A stretch of DNA of 63,989 nt, the filler included, from an uncultured bacterium (GTDB lineage: Bacteria; CAYJOG01), in assembly GCA_964371695.1 (NCBI GenBank). It is 22 parts of 22 records of this genome, joined end to end, with 100 filler letters (N's around TTAATTAATTAA, not from the genome) between each part and the next. Parts side by side here need not be neighbours in the genome. Positions count along the whole stretch, not along the records: positions 47,181 to 49,968 come from CAYJOG010000458.1; positions 50,069 to 52,848 come from CAYJOG010000459.1; positions 52,949 to 55,726 come from CAYJOG010000460.1; positions 55,827 to 58,600 come from CAYJOG010000461.1; 18 more parts are not named here. One strand, written 5' to 3'. A program made the translations under genes and the position numbers. Each line of letters opens with the position of its first letter. Within the stretch, counting starts at the first letter, position 1. Shown one piece after another: positions 47,891 to 56,659 of this stretch. Below the pieces are notes generated by a model that ran no database searches, was not told where the DNA came from, and saw only the letters and a program-made list of their open reading frames with translations.

Positions 47891-48842
47891 GGCTGGCGTA
47901 TCCCAGCAGCGTGTTGAGTATCAGCGACAGGCCCAGACCGGCGATGCTCGCTTCGATTTTCACGCTGATGCCATAACCGATGGCGCTCACGTCCTGGCTG
48001 GCCACGGCGGGGCCGATGATCAGCCCCAGGCCCAGCAGGGTGCCGATCAGCCCCAGGCCCTGGGCCGAAGCGGCCATGCTCACCAGCCGCCCGGCATAAC
48101 GCTCGCGGCTGAGTGCGCCGGTGAGCGCCGTGCCCGCGGGCACGAGGGCCGCCCAGGCGTGGCTGCGGGCCAACAGGGCGATGGCCGGTGTGAGCACCAG
48201 CAGACACACCAGCATCACGGCCAGATCCGCCGCGCTGAGTGTGCCCCACTGGCTGCGGGCGGCGGGGGTGATGCGCCACAACAAAAGCAGCAGCGCCCCC
48301 AGGGCCAGGGTGAGGTCCAGCCCCAGCATGAAACGGTCGGCCCGCTGGTTGGCCCCTTGCCGGGGACTTTCGATTTCGATGCCTTTGGGGGTTTGGCGCG
48401 CCGCCATGCCAATGCCTTGGGCGGTGACCAACAGCGGCACCATCAGCCTGCCGCGATATAAAAACGGGGCGTGGCGCAGGGTGAGGGTGTCCTGACCGGC
48501 CCGCACCATTTTTTCGCCCTCGGCGATGCGCACGGTGTCCATGCCGCGGGTGATCTTGGCGATGCGGTCGGTCTCAATCCAGTCCACCCGCGCGCCCATG
48601 TATTCGGTGACAAAACGGATGGGCACAAACACCTCGCCGCCCTTGGACACCGGGGCCACGTCGGTGGTGATGGCCTCGCCGTCCACCAGCAGGTGATAGT
48701 TTTTGTCCAGTTTCACCCGGGCCTGGACCAGCGTGGCGGCGTCGTCCTGACCCGTGCGCAGGGGGGCCGCCACGGCCACCTGGCTCAACAGCAGCAACAC
48801 AAAAAGGAGCGGGATGAATCGCGGGGGAGGCGGCTGGGTCAC
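47883..48842 (-). CDS. Fusion of a copper-amine-oxidase N-terminal ('stalk') domain and MotA/TolQ/ExbB-like channel helices
   Basis: GTG 48842 plus signal peptide; DVAP..GEVFVPIRFVTEYMGARVDW and APFLYRGRLMVPL; C-terminal GLGLIGTLLGL..GIS....SIAGL. Confidence 0.78.
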   Translation of the reverse strand: MTQPPPPRFIPLLFVLLLLSQVAVAAPLRTGQDDAATLVQARVKLDKNYHLLVDGEAITTDVAPVSKGGEVFVPIRFVTEYMGARVDWIETDRIAKITRGMDTVRIAEGEKMVRAGQDTLTLRHAPFLYRGRLMVPLLVTAQGIGMAARQTPKGIEIESPRQGANQRADRFMLGLDLTLALGALLLLLWRITPAARSQWGTLSAADLAVMLVCLLVLTPAIALLARSHAWAALVPAGTALTGALSRERYAGRLVSMAASAQGLGLIGTLLGLGLIIGPAVASQDVSAIGYGISVKIEASIAGLGLSLILNTLLGYASRE

Positions 48843-48860
48843 GTTGGTGTTGTAGTTTAG

Positions 48861-48915
48861 CAGGGTGCTGAAAAACACCCGGTCAATTCCACGGACGGGT
48901 TTTTTCCACAGGCTG
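48861..48915 (-). mobile_element. 55-nt minimal MITE
   Basis: TTAG|CAGGGTGCTGAAAAA...TTTTTTCCACAGGCTG|TTAA; ends match those of 62631..62779. Confidence 0.65.
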
Positions 48916-48929
48916 TTAAACTTGAAGCC

Positions 48930-49484
48930 ATGCCCCAGCAATATTTTGTGGTCGCCGCCGATGGCAATGAATATGGCCCCGCCACTGCCGAACAACTGGC
49001 ACAGTGGGTGGCGGAAAACCGCCTGGGGCGCAAAACCCTGCTGAGGCGGGACGGGGACAACGTGCAGATGATGGCGGGGGTGTTCTCGGAACTCAGCCAC
49101 CTGTTTGTGCAGGCCCCCGCCACCGGCGCGCCCCCTGTGGCGCAGGTGGAGGAACCCAGGGCGAGCATCTCGCTGGGGCCGGTGACGGCCTCTGGCATGA
49201 ACATGCCCCAGGGGGCGCTTACCCAGGGCAGCCCGCTTATTCCCGTGGTGGTGCTGTGTGTGCTGGCGGGGGTGTTGAGTCTGGTGCTGGTGGGTGTGCC
49301 TGCGCTGTTTTTTGGCGTGGGGGCGCTCATCATGAGCCTTCAGGCCAACGCCCAATATCAGGCGGGGGAGAACACCAGGGCACAGGAACTGGTGCAGCGG
49401 GCGCGGCGTTTTTTGTCGTGGGGCTGGGTGCTGCTGGTGGTGGGTTTGATGGTGGCGGCGCTGGTGGGCAGGAAGTTGTTTTGA
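48930..49484 (+). CDS. GYF_2/DUF4339-like domain membrane protein
   Basis: YFV..DGNEYGP....L.QWV.E.RL followed by C-terminal TM helices. Confidence 0.72.
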   Translation: MPQQYFVVAADGNEYGPATAEQLAQWVAENRLGRKTLLRRDGDNVQMMAGVFSELSHLFVQAPATGAPPVAQVEEPRASISLGPVTASGMNMPQGALTQGSPLIPVVVLCVLAGVLSLVLVGVPALFFGVGALIMSLQANAQYQAGENTRAQELVQRARRFLSWGWVLLVVGLMVAALVGRKLF

Positions 49485-49583
49485 GGGCAATGGCATCCTC
49501 CCAAAGTTGATGGGCGCAAGTCGTGACACGCTCAATGCTGCGTGCTTTACCGGAGTAGCGGCGATGTTCGCATCGCCGTCTTG

Positions 49584-49848
49584 GTGCAAATTTTCAATCG
49601 GAACAACATTAATCCTGAACGATGAGCCGGTTTGGAAATGGGTGCTGCGAAGTCTGGCGGTTCGGTGAAAATTGGCATGAATTCATGGATGAATTCGACT
49701 CGAACACCGAGGCCCAGACAGGGCCGGAGGTGTTCGCGGCGCAAGCAGGCTTTGCCTGCGCCGCGCCGGGCCGCAGCCGTTCACGATGAACGGCAAGGCC
49801 ATTAAAACCAATGAACATTCCTGCTGTTTTGAATGTTCATTGGTATGA
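49584..49848 (-). repeat. ~260-nt structured element, second copy
   Basis: Reverse complement aligns with 36929..37191. Confidence 0.9.
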
Positions 49849-50363
49849 GATAGGCGCGGTGGGGACACCGCGCCCATTGCTGTTAGGGTTATGAAAAAAA
49901 TAGAGGAATTGTCTGGGTTTTTTGACGTAGCCCCGGCGTCTCGCCGGGAGTGTCAACCGCGCCAGCGGNNNNNNNNNNNNNNNNNNNNNNNNNNNNNNNN
50001 NNNNNNNNNNNNTTAATTAATTAANNNNNNNNNNNNNNNNNNNNNNNNNNNNNNNNNNNNNNNNNNNNAGACAAACCCCTCAATGTTCAAATCTACTGAA
50101 GAAATCGATTGTCTTCCGGCTTGGGGCGCTCCCGTGGAGATGAGGCGGGCAAAGCCCGCCGTGGTGGCCGCAACCTGTCAGGAACCGCTATACACAGGGG
50201 GTCCGGGGGAACCGCTGTTACCCCGGTGGGGGTGCGGGGGCAAAGCCCCCCCGCATAAAAATTGGGAGCGTGGGAGCGGCAATAGTTGCCAGTCCACCGG
50301 CAGGTTTTGTCAACAGGGCTGATTGGGTATTACGCCCTTATTTTGTTTATCATGGTGTCCTGC

Positions 50364-51101
50364 ATGGCCAAGGACATTTTCACGCTCACCTGTCTTGAGC
50401 AGATTCGCCTCACGCCCACGGTGACCGAAACCATTTTTTCACTGCCTGAGCAGGCACCCTTTGAAGCCGGGCAGTTTCTGACGGCGCGCATTCCCAACCC
50501 GGACCCCGACGCCCCGCCCGCCCGCAAGGAATTGCGGCGCAGTTACAGCATCGCCACGCCGCCGGAGTTCATGGAGGGCAGGGGGCTGGGCCTGTGTGTG
50601 AAACTGGTGGAAGGCGGCCCCGGCAGCACGTTCATTCAAAACTTGAAACCCGGCCAGACCATGGACGCCCAGATGCCCTTTGGCAAGTTTGTGTGGCGCA
50701 AAGACCCCTCGCGCCCCGTGGTGTTTCTCAGCACCGGCACGGGCATTTCCCCGTTTCGCAGCATGATGCTCAACGGGGTCTTTCGTGAGGGAATCCAGAA
50801 GGTGATCAGCCTAGCGGGTTACCGCACCGAAGACGAAATCCTTTACGGGGACCTGCTTTCCGACACCCGCCATCCTTTTGAACTGCAAAGCATCACCTGC
50901 ATTTCGCGGCCAGTGGGCCAGTGGAATGGCTTCAAGGGCCGTGTGACGGATTACCTTTATACACAGACGGGGGACTGGGATTACGCCGCCATGGATTTTT
51001 ACCTGTGTGGCTCCGGCGACATGATCAAGGAAGTCAAAAAATACCTGCTGGAAGACAAACAGGTTGAAAAGGAACACCTGTTCCAGGAAGTGTATTTTTG
51101 A
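50364..51101 (+). CDS. FAD-binding ferredoxin-NAD(P)+ reductase family oxidoreductase
   Basis: RSYSI, GPGS, GTGISPFRSM, YLCG, terminal EVYF. Confidence 0.92.
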   Translation: MAKDIFTLTCLEQIRLTPTVTETIFSLPEQAPFEAGQFLTARIPNPDPDAPPARKELRRSYSIATPPEFMEGRGLGLCVKLVEGGPGSTFIQNLKPGQTMDAQMPFGKFVWRKDPSRPVVFLSTGTGISPFRSMMLNGVFREGIQKVISLAGYRTEDEILYGDLLSDTRHPFELQSITCISRPVGQWNGFKGRVTDYLYTQTGDWDYAAMDFYLCGSGDMIKEVKKYLLEDKQVEKEHLFQEVYF

Positions 51102-52201
51102 AATCCATGTGTCCGACGCTGCCAGTTCAGACGCCCTCCCGCACCTATGACATTGTGTGTGAACGCGGGGCGCTCAGGCGGCTGGGGCCGCTGTGCGAAG
51201 ACGTGCTGGGGCCCCAGGGTCTGTTTGTGGTGAGTCAGGAGACTGTGTGGGGGCTTTATGGCGAAACGGTGAAACGGAGCCTGAAAAAAAAGTTCCTGGG
51301 CCAGGTTGTGCTGCTCGACGGTGAAGCAGCCAAAACCCTTGAAAATTATGAAAAAGCCATTGGAACCCTGCTGAAAACCAAACCCCTGCCCGGCGCGGTG
51401 TTGGCGTTGGGGGGTGGGGTGACGGGGGATCTGGCGGGTTTTGTGGCGGGCACTTTTCGCCGGGGGGTGCCCTGCGTGCAGGTTCCCACCACGCTTTTGA
51501 GCCAGGTGGACAGCAGCGTGGGCGGCAAAACCGGCATTGACCATGAGGGGTATAAAAATTACCTGGGGGTGTTTCACCAGCCCCATCTGGTGGTGATTGA
51601 CCCGAACGTGCTCAAAACCCTGCCCACCCGCGAGATGAGCGCCGGTCTCGCGGAGGTGGTGAAATACGGCCTGCTCTTTGACCGGACGTTTTTTGAAAAA
51701 CTCGAAGACCTTGGCCCACGCCTGCTCAACCCGGCGCTGAAAGATTACGACCAGATCATTCTGGACTGCTGCGCGTTCAAGGCGCGCGTGGTGAAGGCCG
51801 ACGAGCGCGACACCACAGGCCGCCGGGCGCTGCTGAACCTGGGGCACACCTTTGCCCACGCCATCGAAACCACCAGCGGCCTGGGGCATTACCTGCACGG
51901 TGAGGCGGTGGCCATTGGTCTGGTGGGCGCGGCGCGTCTGAGTCACCGGCTGGGCCTCACGCGCCAGGATTTGTCCCCCCGCATCACGGCGCTTCTCAAA
52001 AAACTCCAGTTGCCCGTGTATTTGCCGGGGGGGCAGTTGTCTAATCTGCTCGAAGCCATAAAATACGACAAGAAATTCACATCAGGACAAAACGCTTTTG
52101 TACTGCTGAAGGGAATCGGCAGGTGCGCCCTGGTAAAGGGTGTGCCCGCCGAGGCCATTCGGGAGACCTTCAAAAGCCTGCTAAAGGAGCCAACCCCATG
52201 A
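51098..52201 (+). CDS. aroB: 3-dehydroquinate synthase
   Basis: GGGVTGDLAGF, VDSSVGGKTG, LNLGHTFAHAIE, HGEAV. Confidence 0.97.
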   Translation: MKSMCPTLPVQTPSRTYDIVCERGALRRLGPLCEDVLGPQGLFVVSQETVWGLYGETVKRSLKKKFLGQVVLLDGEAAKTLENYEKAIGTLLKTKPLPGAVLALGGGVTGDLAGFVAGTFRRGVPCVQVPTTLLSQVDSSVGGKTGIDHEGYKNYLGVFHQPHLVVIDPNVLKTLPTREMSAGLAEVVKYGLLFDRTFFEKLEDLGPRLLNPALKDYDQIILDCCAFKARVVKADERDTTGRRALLNLGHTFAHAIETTSGLGHYLHGEAVAIGLVGAARLSHRLGLTRQDLSPRITALLKKLQLPVYLPGGQLSNLLEAIKYDKKFTSGQNAFVLLKGIGRCALVKGVPAEAIRETFKSLLKEPTP

Positions 52202-52848
52202 GCCAGCGTGGCCGAATCGGCGTCATCGTCAACTGCAATGCCCGGTTGTTCAAATCCGGCGTGGTGACCGAAGAAAAACTGAAAAAGATTCTTTCGCCAG
52301 ATGACCTTGTCATCGCCACCAAAACCCTGGAAGACCTGCCCAGGGCCATCCAGAAGTTTCGAGATGAGGGCATCACCTACATCGCCCTCCCCGGCGGGGA
52401 TGGTTCCATCAGCCAGGGGTTGTCGGTGATTCACAAGGTGTATCCGCCCAACCAGTTCCCCACCATCATCATCACGGGCGGCGGCACCAACAACATCATC
52501 TGCAAACACCTTCAGTTCAAGCACGCCCAGGTGGAAAGCAACCTGGAAAAAGCCATTAACTCCGTACATTCGGGCAACGCCGAAATCCTGAAACTCAAAA
52601 CCATCCTGGGCAACGGCATTGTGGGCGTGGCCTTTGGCACCGGGCTTTCACCCAACTTCCTCAAAATCTACAACCGCAAACCGGGCATGGTGAACGCCGT
52701 GATCCTGATGGCCAAAATCGTGCTGCACGTCATTCTCACCATCGGCGGCCTGCTGTTCAAAACTCAGGTGCTCAAAGAGCTGCTGGCCACGCAGGATGAA
52801 GACATCACGCTGGACGGCAAATCCATTGGCAAACGAAAACCCCTGCTC
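52198..52848 (+). CDS. Diacylglycerol kinase catalytic-domain family protein (3' truncated)
   Basis: VIVN, GGDGS, GGTNN. Confidence 0.8.
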
Positions 52849-52948
52849 NNNNNNNNNNNNNNNNNNNNNNNNNNNNNNNNNNNNNNNNNNNNTTAATTAA
52901 TTAANNNNNNNNNNNNNNNNNNNNNNNNNNNNNNNNNNNNNNNNNNNN

Positions 52949-53494
52949 GTGCCCGCCCTGTTGGTGCTGGGGGTGCTGCTGGTTTTTCTTGCGCCGCTGA
53001 TGGGGCGCACCCAGGGCGGGGGGCGGTTTTATGCGCAGGAGCGGGTGGGGCTGGGGGGCAGAACATTTGGTGTGGTCAAGCTCAGGACCATGAAAAAAAA
53101 CAGCGAGGCGGGCACCGGCCCGGTGCTGGCGGCTGGGGCGCAGGACCCCCGCGTGACGGCGCTGGGTTATTGGCTGCGACTCTTGAAAATTGACGAATTG
53201 CCCCAGTTCTGGAACGTGTTGAAGGGACAGATGGCCGTGGTGGGGCCTCGCCCGGAGCGCCCGTTTTTTGTGGCGCAGTTTGAAAAGGAAATTCCGCTTT
53301 ATGCCGAGCGCCACCGGGTGCGCCCCGGCGTGACCGGCCTCAGTCAGGTGCATGGGCGATATCACACCACCGCCGAGGTGAAGCTGAAATTTGATTTGTG
53401 GTATGCCTATAACTACAGCCTGTCGCTGGATCTGCGGCTGGTGCTGGACACGGTGAAAATGGTGCTCAGCCGCGCCGCCAAAAAGGAAACCTGA
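52949..53494 (+). CDS. Polyprenyl-phosphate sugar transferase, WcaJ/WbaP-type (5' truncated)
   Basis: KLRTM, DPRVT, DELPQ..NVLKG.M..VGPRP, PGVTG..QV. Confidence 0.93.
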   Translation: MPALLVLGVLLVFLAPLMGRTQGGGRFYAQERVGLGGRTFGVVKLRTMKKNSEAGTGPVLAAGAQDPRVTALGYWLRLLKIDELPQFWNVLKGQMAVVGPRPERPFFVAQFEKEIPLYAERHRVRPGVTGLSQVHGRYHTTAEVKLKFDLWYAYNYSLSLDLRLVLDTVKMVLSRAAKKET

Positions 53495-53496
53495 GC

Positions 53497-54231
53497 ATGG
53501 CCCGTTATCTGGTGGTGGCCGACCTGCACGCCAGCCAGCCCTCGGTGCAGGCCATTGGTCAGCACGGGGGCGAACACGATGGCCTGATTTCGCTGGGAGA
53601 CATTGTGGGCTATGGTCCGCATCCCAACGAGGCGGTGGCCTTTGTGATGGAAAACGCCGCCTATGCCGTGATGGGCAATCACGACCAGGCGTGTTTTGAC
53701 GACAACCTGCTCTGGTGGTTCAACGGCCCGGCCAAACAGGCGTTGATGTACAGCCGCCGCAAGCTGTTGCCCGGACACATGGACTGGCTGCGCACCCAGC
53801 CCTATCAGGCGGGTTTCGGGCCGTTTGTTTTTGCCCACTCCAACCTCAACGAACTTTGGGCCTATGTCAAAAACGAAGAAGACGCCATCTCCAACCTCAC
53901 GCTGGTGAAGCAATACCGGCGGCGCATCCTGTTTGTGGGCCACACGCACATCAGCGAGGCGTTCCGCATCCACAACAACCGTCTGATACGCAAGTGGCTG
54001 GACGATGGCGACACGGTGGACTTGAGCGGTGAGGACCAGATTCTCATCAATCCCGGATCGGCGGGCCAGCCGCGAGATGGCGACACGCGCCTTGCCTTTG
54101 GGATATTGGATGACGCCGCCATGACGTATACCCAGCGGCGGGTGACCTGGGACGTGGCCGGTTTACAGGAGGACATGCGCAAAGCCCGCCTGCCGGATTA
54201 TCTGATCAACCGGCTGTCGGAGGGGAAGTAG
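53497..54231 (+). CDS. Calcineurin-like metallophosphoesterase
   Basis: DLH, GDIVGYG, GNHD, GHTH, NPGSAGQPRDG. Confidence 0.93.
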   Translation: MARYLVVADLHASQPSVQAIGQHGGEHDGLISLGDIVGYGPHPNEAVAFVMENAAYAVMGNHDQACFDDNLLWWFNGPAKQALMYSRRKLLPGHMDWLRTQPYQAGFGPFVFAHSNLNELWAYVKNEEDAISNLTLVKQYRRRILFVGHTHISEAFRIHNNRLIRKWLDDGDTVDLSGEDQILINPGSAGQPRDGDTRLAFGILDDAAMTYTQRRVTWDVAGLQEDMRKARLPDYLINRLSEGK

Positions 54232-54332
54232 GAAAGGGGAAGTCGGTAAAAGAAAAGGCCCATCGTTTTCTGAAAAAAGTTTAAACTTCCGCCGCGCCGG
54301 TGTGGTCCCGGCGAGAAAATGAGGGGGTTTTC

Positions 54333-55700
54333 ATGGGTTCTTCCATCACGGTGTGCAAGTTTGGCGGCAGCTCTCTGGCGAGCGCCGAGCAGGTGCAAAA
54401 GGTGCTGGCCATTGTGAAGGCCGACAAGAAACGCCGCGTGGTGGTGGTGTCCGCCCCCGGTGCGCGTTTCAAGGGCGACATCAAGGTGACCGACTTGCTG
54501 ATCGCCGCGGCCAAGGCCAGGGGCGGCGCGCAAAAAAAACTCGTCGCTGAAATCACCAGCCGTTATGCCGGCATTGCCGCCGCCTGGGGGCTTGAGGCCG
54601 AAACCACCGCCTGGGTGAAAAAAGAACTGGAAACCCGGCTCTCTCGCAAAGACCTGGACGCCGCCGGATTTCTGGATCTGCTCAAGTCCACCGGCGAAGA
54701 CCTGAGCGCCCGGCTGGTGGCCCAGGTGGCCCAGGCCCAGGGATTGAAGGCCGCCTATCTCTCTCCCAAAAAAGCCGGTCTGGTGCTCACCGATGAACCG
54801 GGCAACGCCCAGGTGCTGCCCCAGTCCTATGAGCGCATCCATCGGGCTGTTTCGGCGGCAGAGGGCGTGGTGATTTTCCCCGGATTTTTTGGTCACACAG
54901 CCAAGGGCAAGGTCATTACCTTCAGCCGGGGGGGCAGCGACGTGACCGGTAGTGTGCTGGCCCGCGCCACCGGTGCGGCCCTGTATGAAAACTGGACCGA
55001 CGTGGATTTCATCTTCAGCGCCAACCCCAAAGTGGTGGAAAACCCCGCGCCCATCGCCGAGATCACCTTTCAGGAAATGCGCGAACTGAGTTACGCCGGT
55101 TTTGGCGTGTTGCACGACGAAGCCCTGCTGCCCCTGTGGGGCGGCGGCACCACCGTGCTGCTCAAAAACACCAACAACCCCAAAAACAAAGGCAGTCGCA
55201 TTGTGCCCAGGCGGCGGTTCAACCACATGCAGCCGGTGGTGGGCATTGCGGGCATGGGGGGCGGTTTTGTGAACTTCACCGTGGATAAAGTGCTGATGAA
55301 CCGCGAAGTGGGTTTTGGTGCGCGCCTGCTGGGTCTGTTTGCCGATGAGGGCCTGAGTTTTGAACACATGCCCAGCGGTATAGACAGCGTGAGTGTGATT
55401 TTGAGCGCAGGGCAACTGGGCCCGGGGGCCGAAAAACGGATTGTGGGGCGCATAGAAAAAGAACTGAAGGTAGACCGGGTGACGGTGAAGCGGGGCATTT
55501 CGCTGGTGGTGCTGGCGGGGCTGGGCATGCGCCACACGGTGGGTCTGGCGGCGCGGGCCTGCACGGCGCTCAGCCGGGCGGGGGTGAATCTGCTGATGAT
55601 CAACCAGGGGGCCAGCGAAATTTCACTCATGTTCGGTATTCTGGAACAGGAAGAAAACATGGCCATCCGGGCGTTGCATCAGGAGTTTTTCGGGGCGTGA
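54333..55700 (+). CDS. lysC: Aspartate kinase with two ACT domains
   Basis: KFGGSS, VVVSAPG, SRGGSD, NQGASE. Confidence 0.93.
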   Translation: MGSSITVCKFGGSSLASAEQVQKVLAIVKADKKRRVVVVSAPGARFKGDIKVTDLLIAAAKARGGAQKKLVAEITSRYAGIAAAWGLEAETTAWVKKELETRLSRKDLDAAGFLDLLKSTGEDLSARLVAQVAQAQGLKAAYLSPKKAGLVLTDEPGNAQVLPQSYERIHRAVSAAEGVVIFPGFFGHTAKGKVITFSRGGSDVTGSVLARATGAALYENWTDVDFIFSANPKVVENPAPIAEITFQEMRELSYAGFGVLHDEALLPLWGGGTTVLLKNTNNPKNKGSRIVPRRRFNHMQPVVGIAGMGGGFVNFTVDKVLMNREVGFGARLLGLFADEGLSFEHMPSGIDSVSVILSAGQLGPGAEKRIVGRIEKELKVDRVTVKRGISLVVLAGLGMRHTVGLAARACTALSRAGVNLLMINQGASEISLMFGILEQEENMAIRALHQEFFGA

Positions 55701-55826
55701 AAGGTGTTTTGCTTTTTGATTTGAGGNNNNNNNNNNNNNNNNNNNNNNNNNNNNNNNNNNNNNNNNNNNNTTAATTAATTAANNNNNNNNNNNNNNNNNN
55801 NNNNNNNNNNNNNNNNNNNNNNNNNN

Positions 55827-56470
55827 GCATTGGCCCCCGCAACAAAGAGCAGCGCTTTGCCCTGGAACTGCTGATGGACGACAACATCCGTCTGGTGACG
55901 ATGATTGGCGGTGCGGGCACGGGCAAAACCCTGCTGGCCCTGGCGGCGGGGTTGACCAAGGTGTTGGACGAAACCATCTACACCCGGCTTTCGGTGACCC
56001 GCCCCGTGATTCCCCTGGGGCGCGACCTGGGCTTTCTGCCTGGCACCAAAGAAGAAAAAATGGACCCCTGGATGAAGCCGGTGATGGACAACCTGGAGTA
56101 CATTTTCAGCAACCGCCACCGGGGACAAGGGGAATCGCCCTTTGAAACCCTCATGAACCAGCGGGTGCTGGAAGTGGAACCCATCACCTACATCCGGGGC
56201 CGCAGCATGCCCAACCAGTTCTTCATCGTGGACGAAGCCCAGAATCTCACGCCCCACGAGGCCAAAACCATCATTACCCGCGTGGGGGAGGGCACCAAGG
56301 TGGTGTTCACCGGTGACCCCAGCCAGATCGACCACCCCTATCTCGACAGCCGCTCCAACGGCCTCACCCACGTGGTGGAACGCTTCAAGCACATTCCCCT
56401 GGCCGGGCACATTACGCTGCTCAAGGGAGAACGCAGCGAGTTGGCGGAACTGGCGTCGAGAATCATGTAG
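55827..56470 (+). CDS. PhoH family ATPase (5' truncated)
   Basis: GGAGTGKT, LGFLPG, YIRGRS, DEAQN, GDPSQID. Confidence 0.93.
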
Positions 56471-56493
56471 GCCCGCCGCCTTTTTTGACGGCA

Positions 56494-56659
56494 TCAAAAA
56501 GTCCTCCTGACTTTTTGACACCCCCGCCAGCGGGGCAAAATCCCCCTTGGCGGGCGAAAAGCTCCGGTTCCAGGAACCTCCACTTTTCGGGGGGCGCGCC
56601 GTCCGGGCGCGTGCGGCACTGTTTACAAAATCCGGTTTGGGGCTTATAAACAGTGCCGC
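56494..56659 (+). repeat. Four-helix element copy with a terminal long hairpin abutting the MFS start codon
   Basis: TCAAAAAGTC-ctcct-GACTTTTTGA / CCCGCCA..GGGG-caaaat-CCCC..TGGCGGG / CGAAAAG..CTTTTCG / GCGCGCC-gtccg-GGCGCGT / GCGGCACTGTTTA..TAAACAGTGCCGC-ATG. Confidence 0.85.

Noticed and set aside
47276-48842. Zorya anti-phage ZorAB assignment
   Set aside because: The A subunit lacks the long cytoplasmic tail, the B subunit lacks an OmpA-like domain, and no zorC/D/E is on the contig.
48843-49589. N-terminal 249 aa of the 568-aa ORF 47883..49589
   Set aside because: Antisense of the real gene 48930..49484 plus a MITE. The credible start with a signal peptide is GTG 48842.
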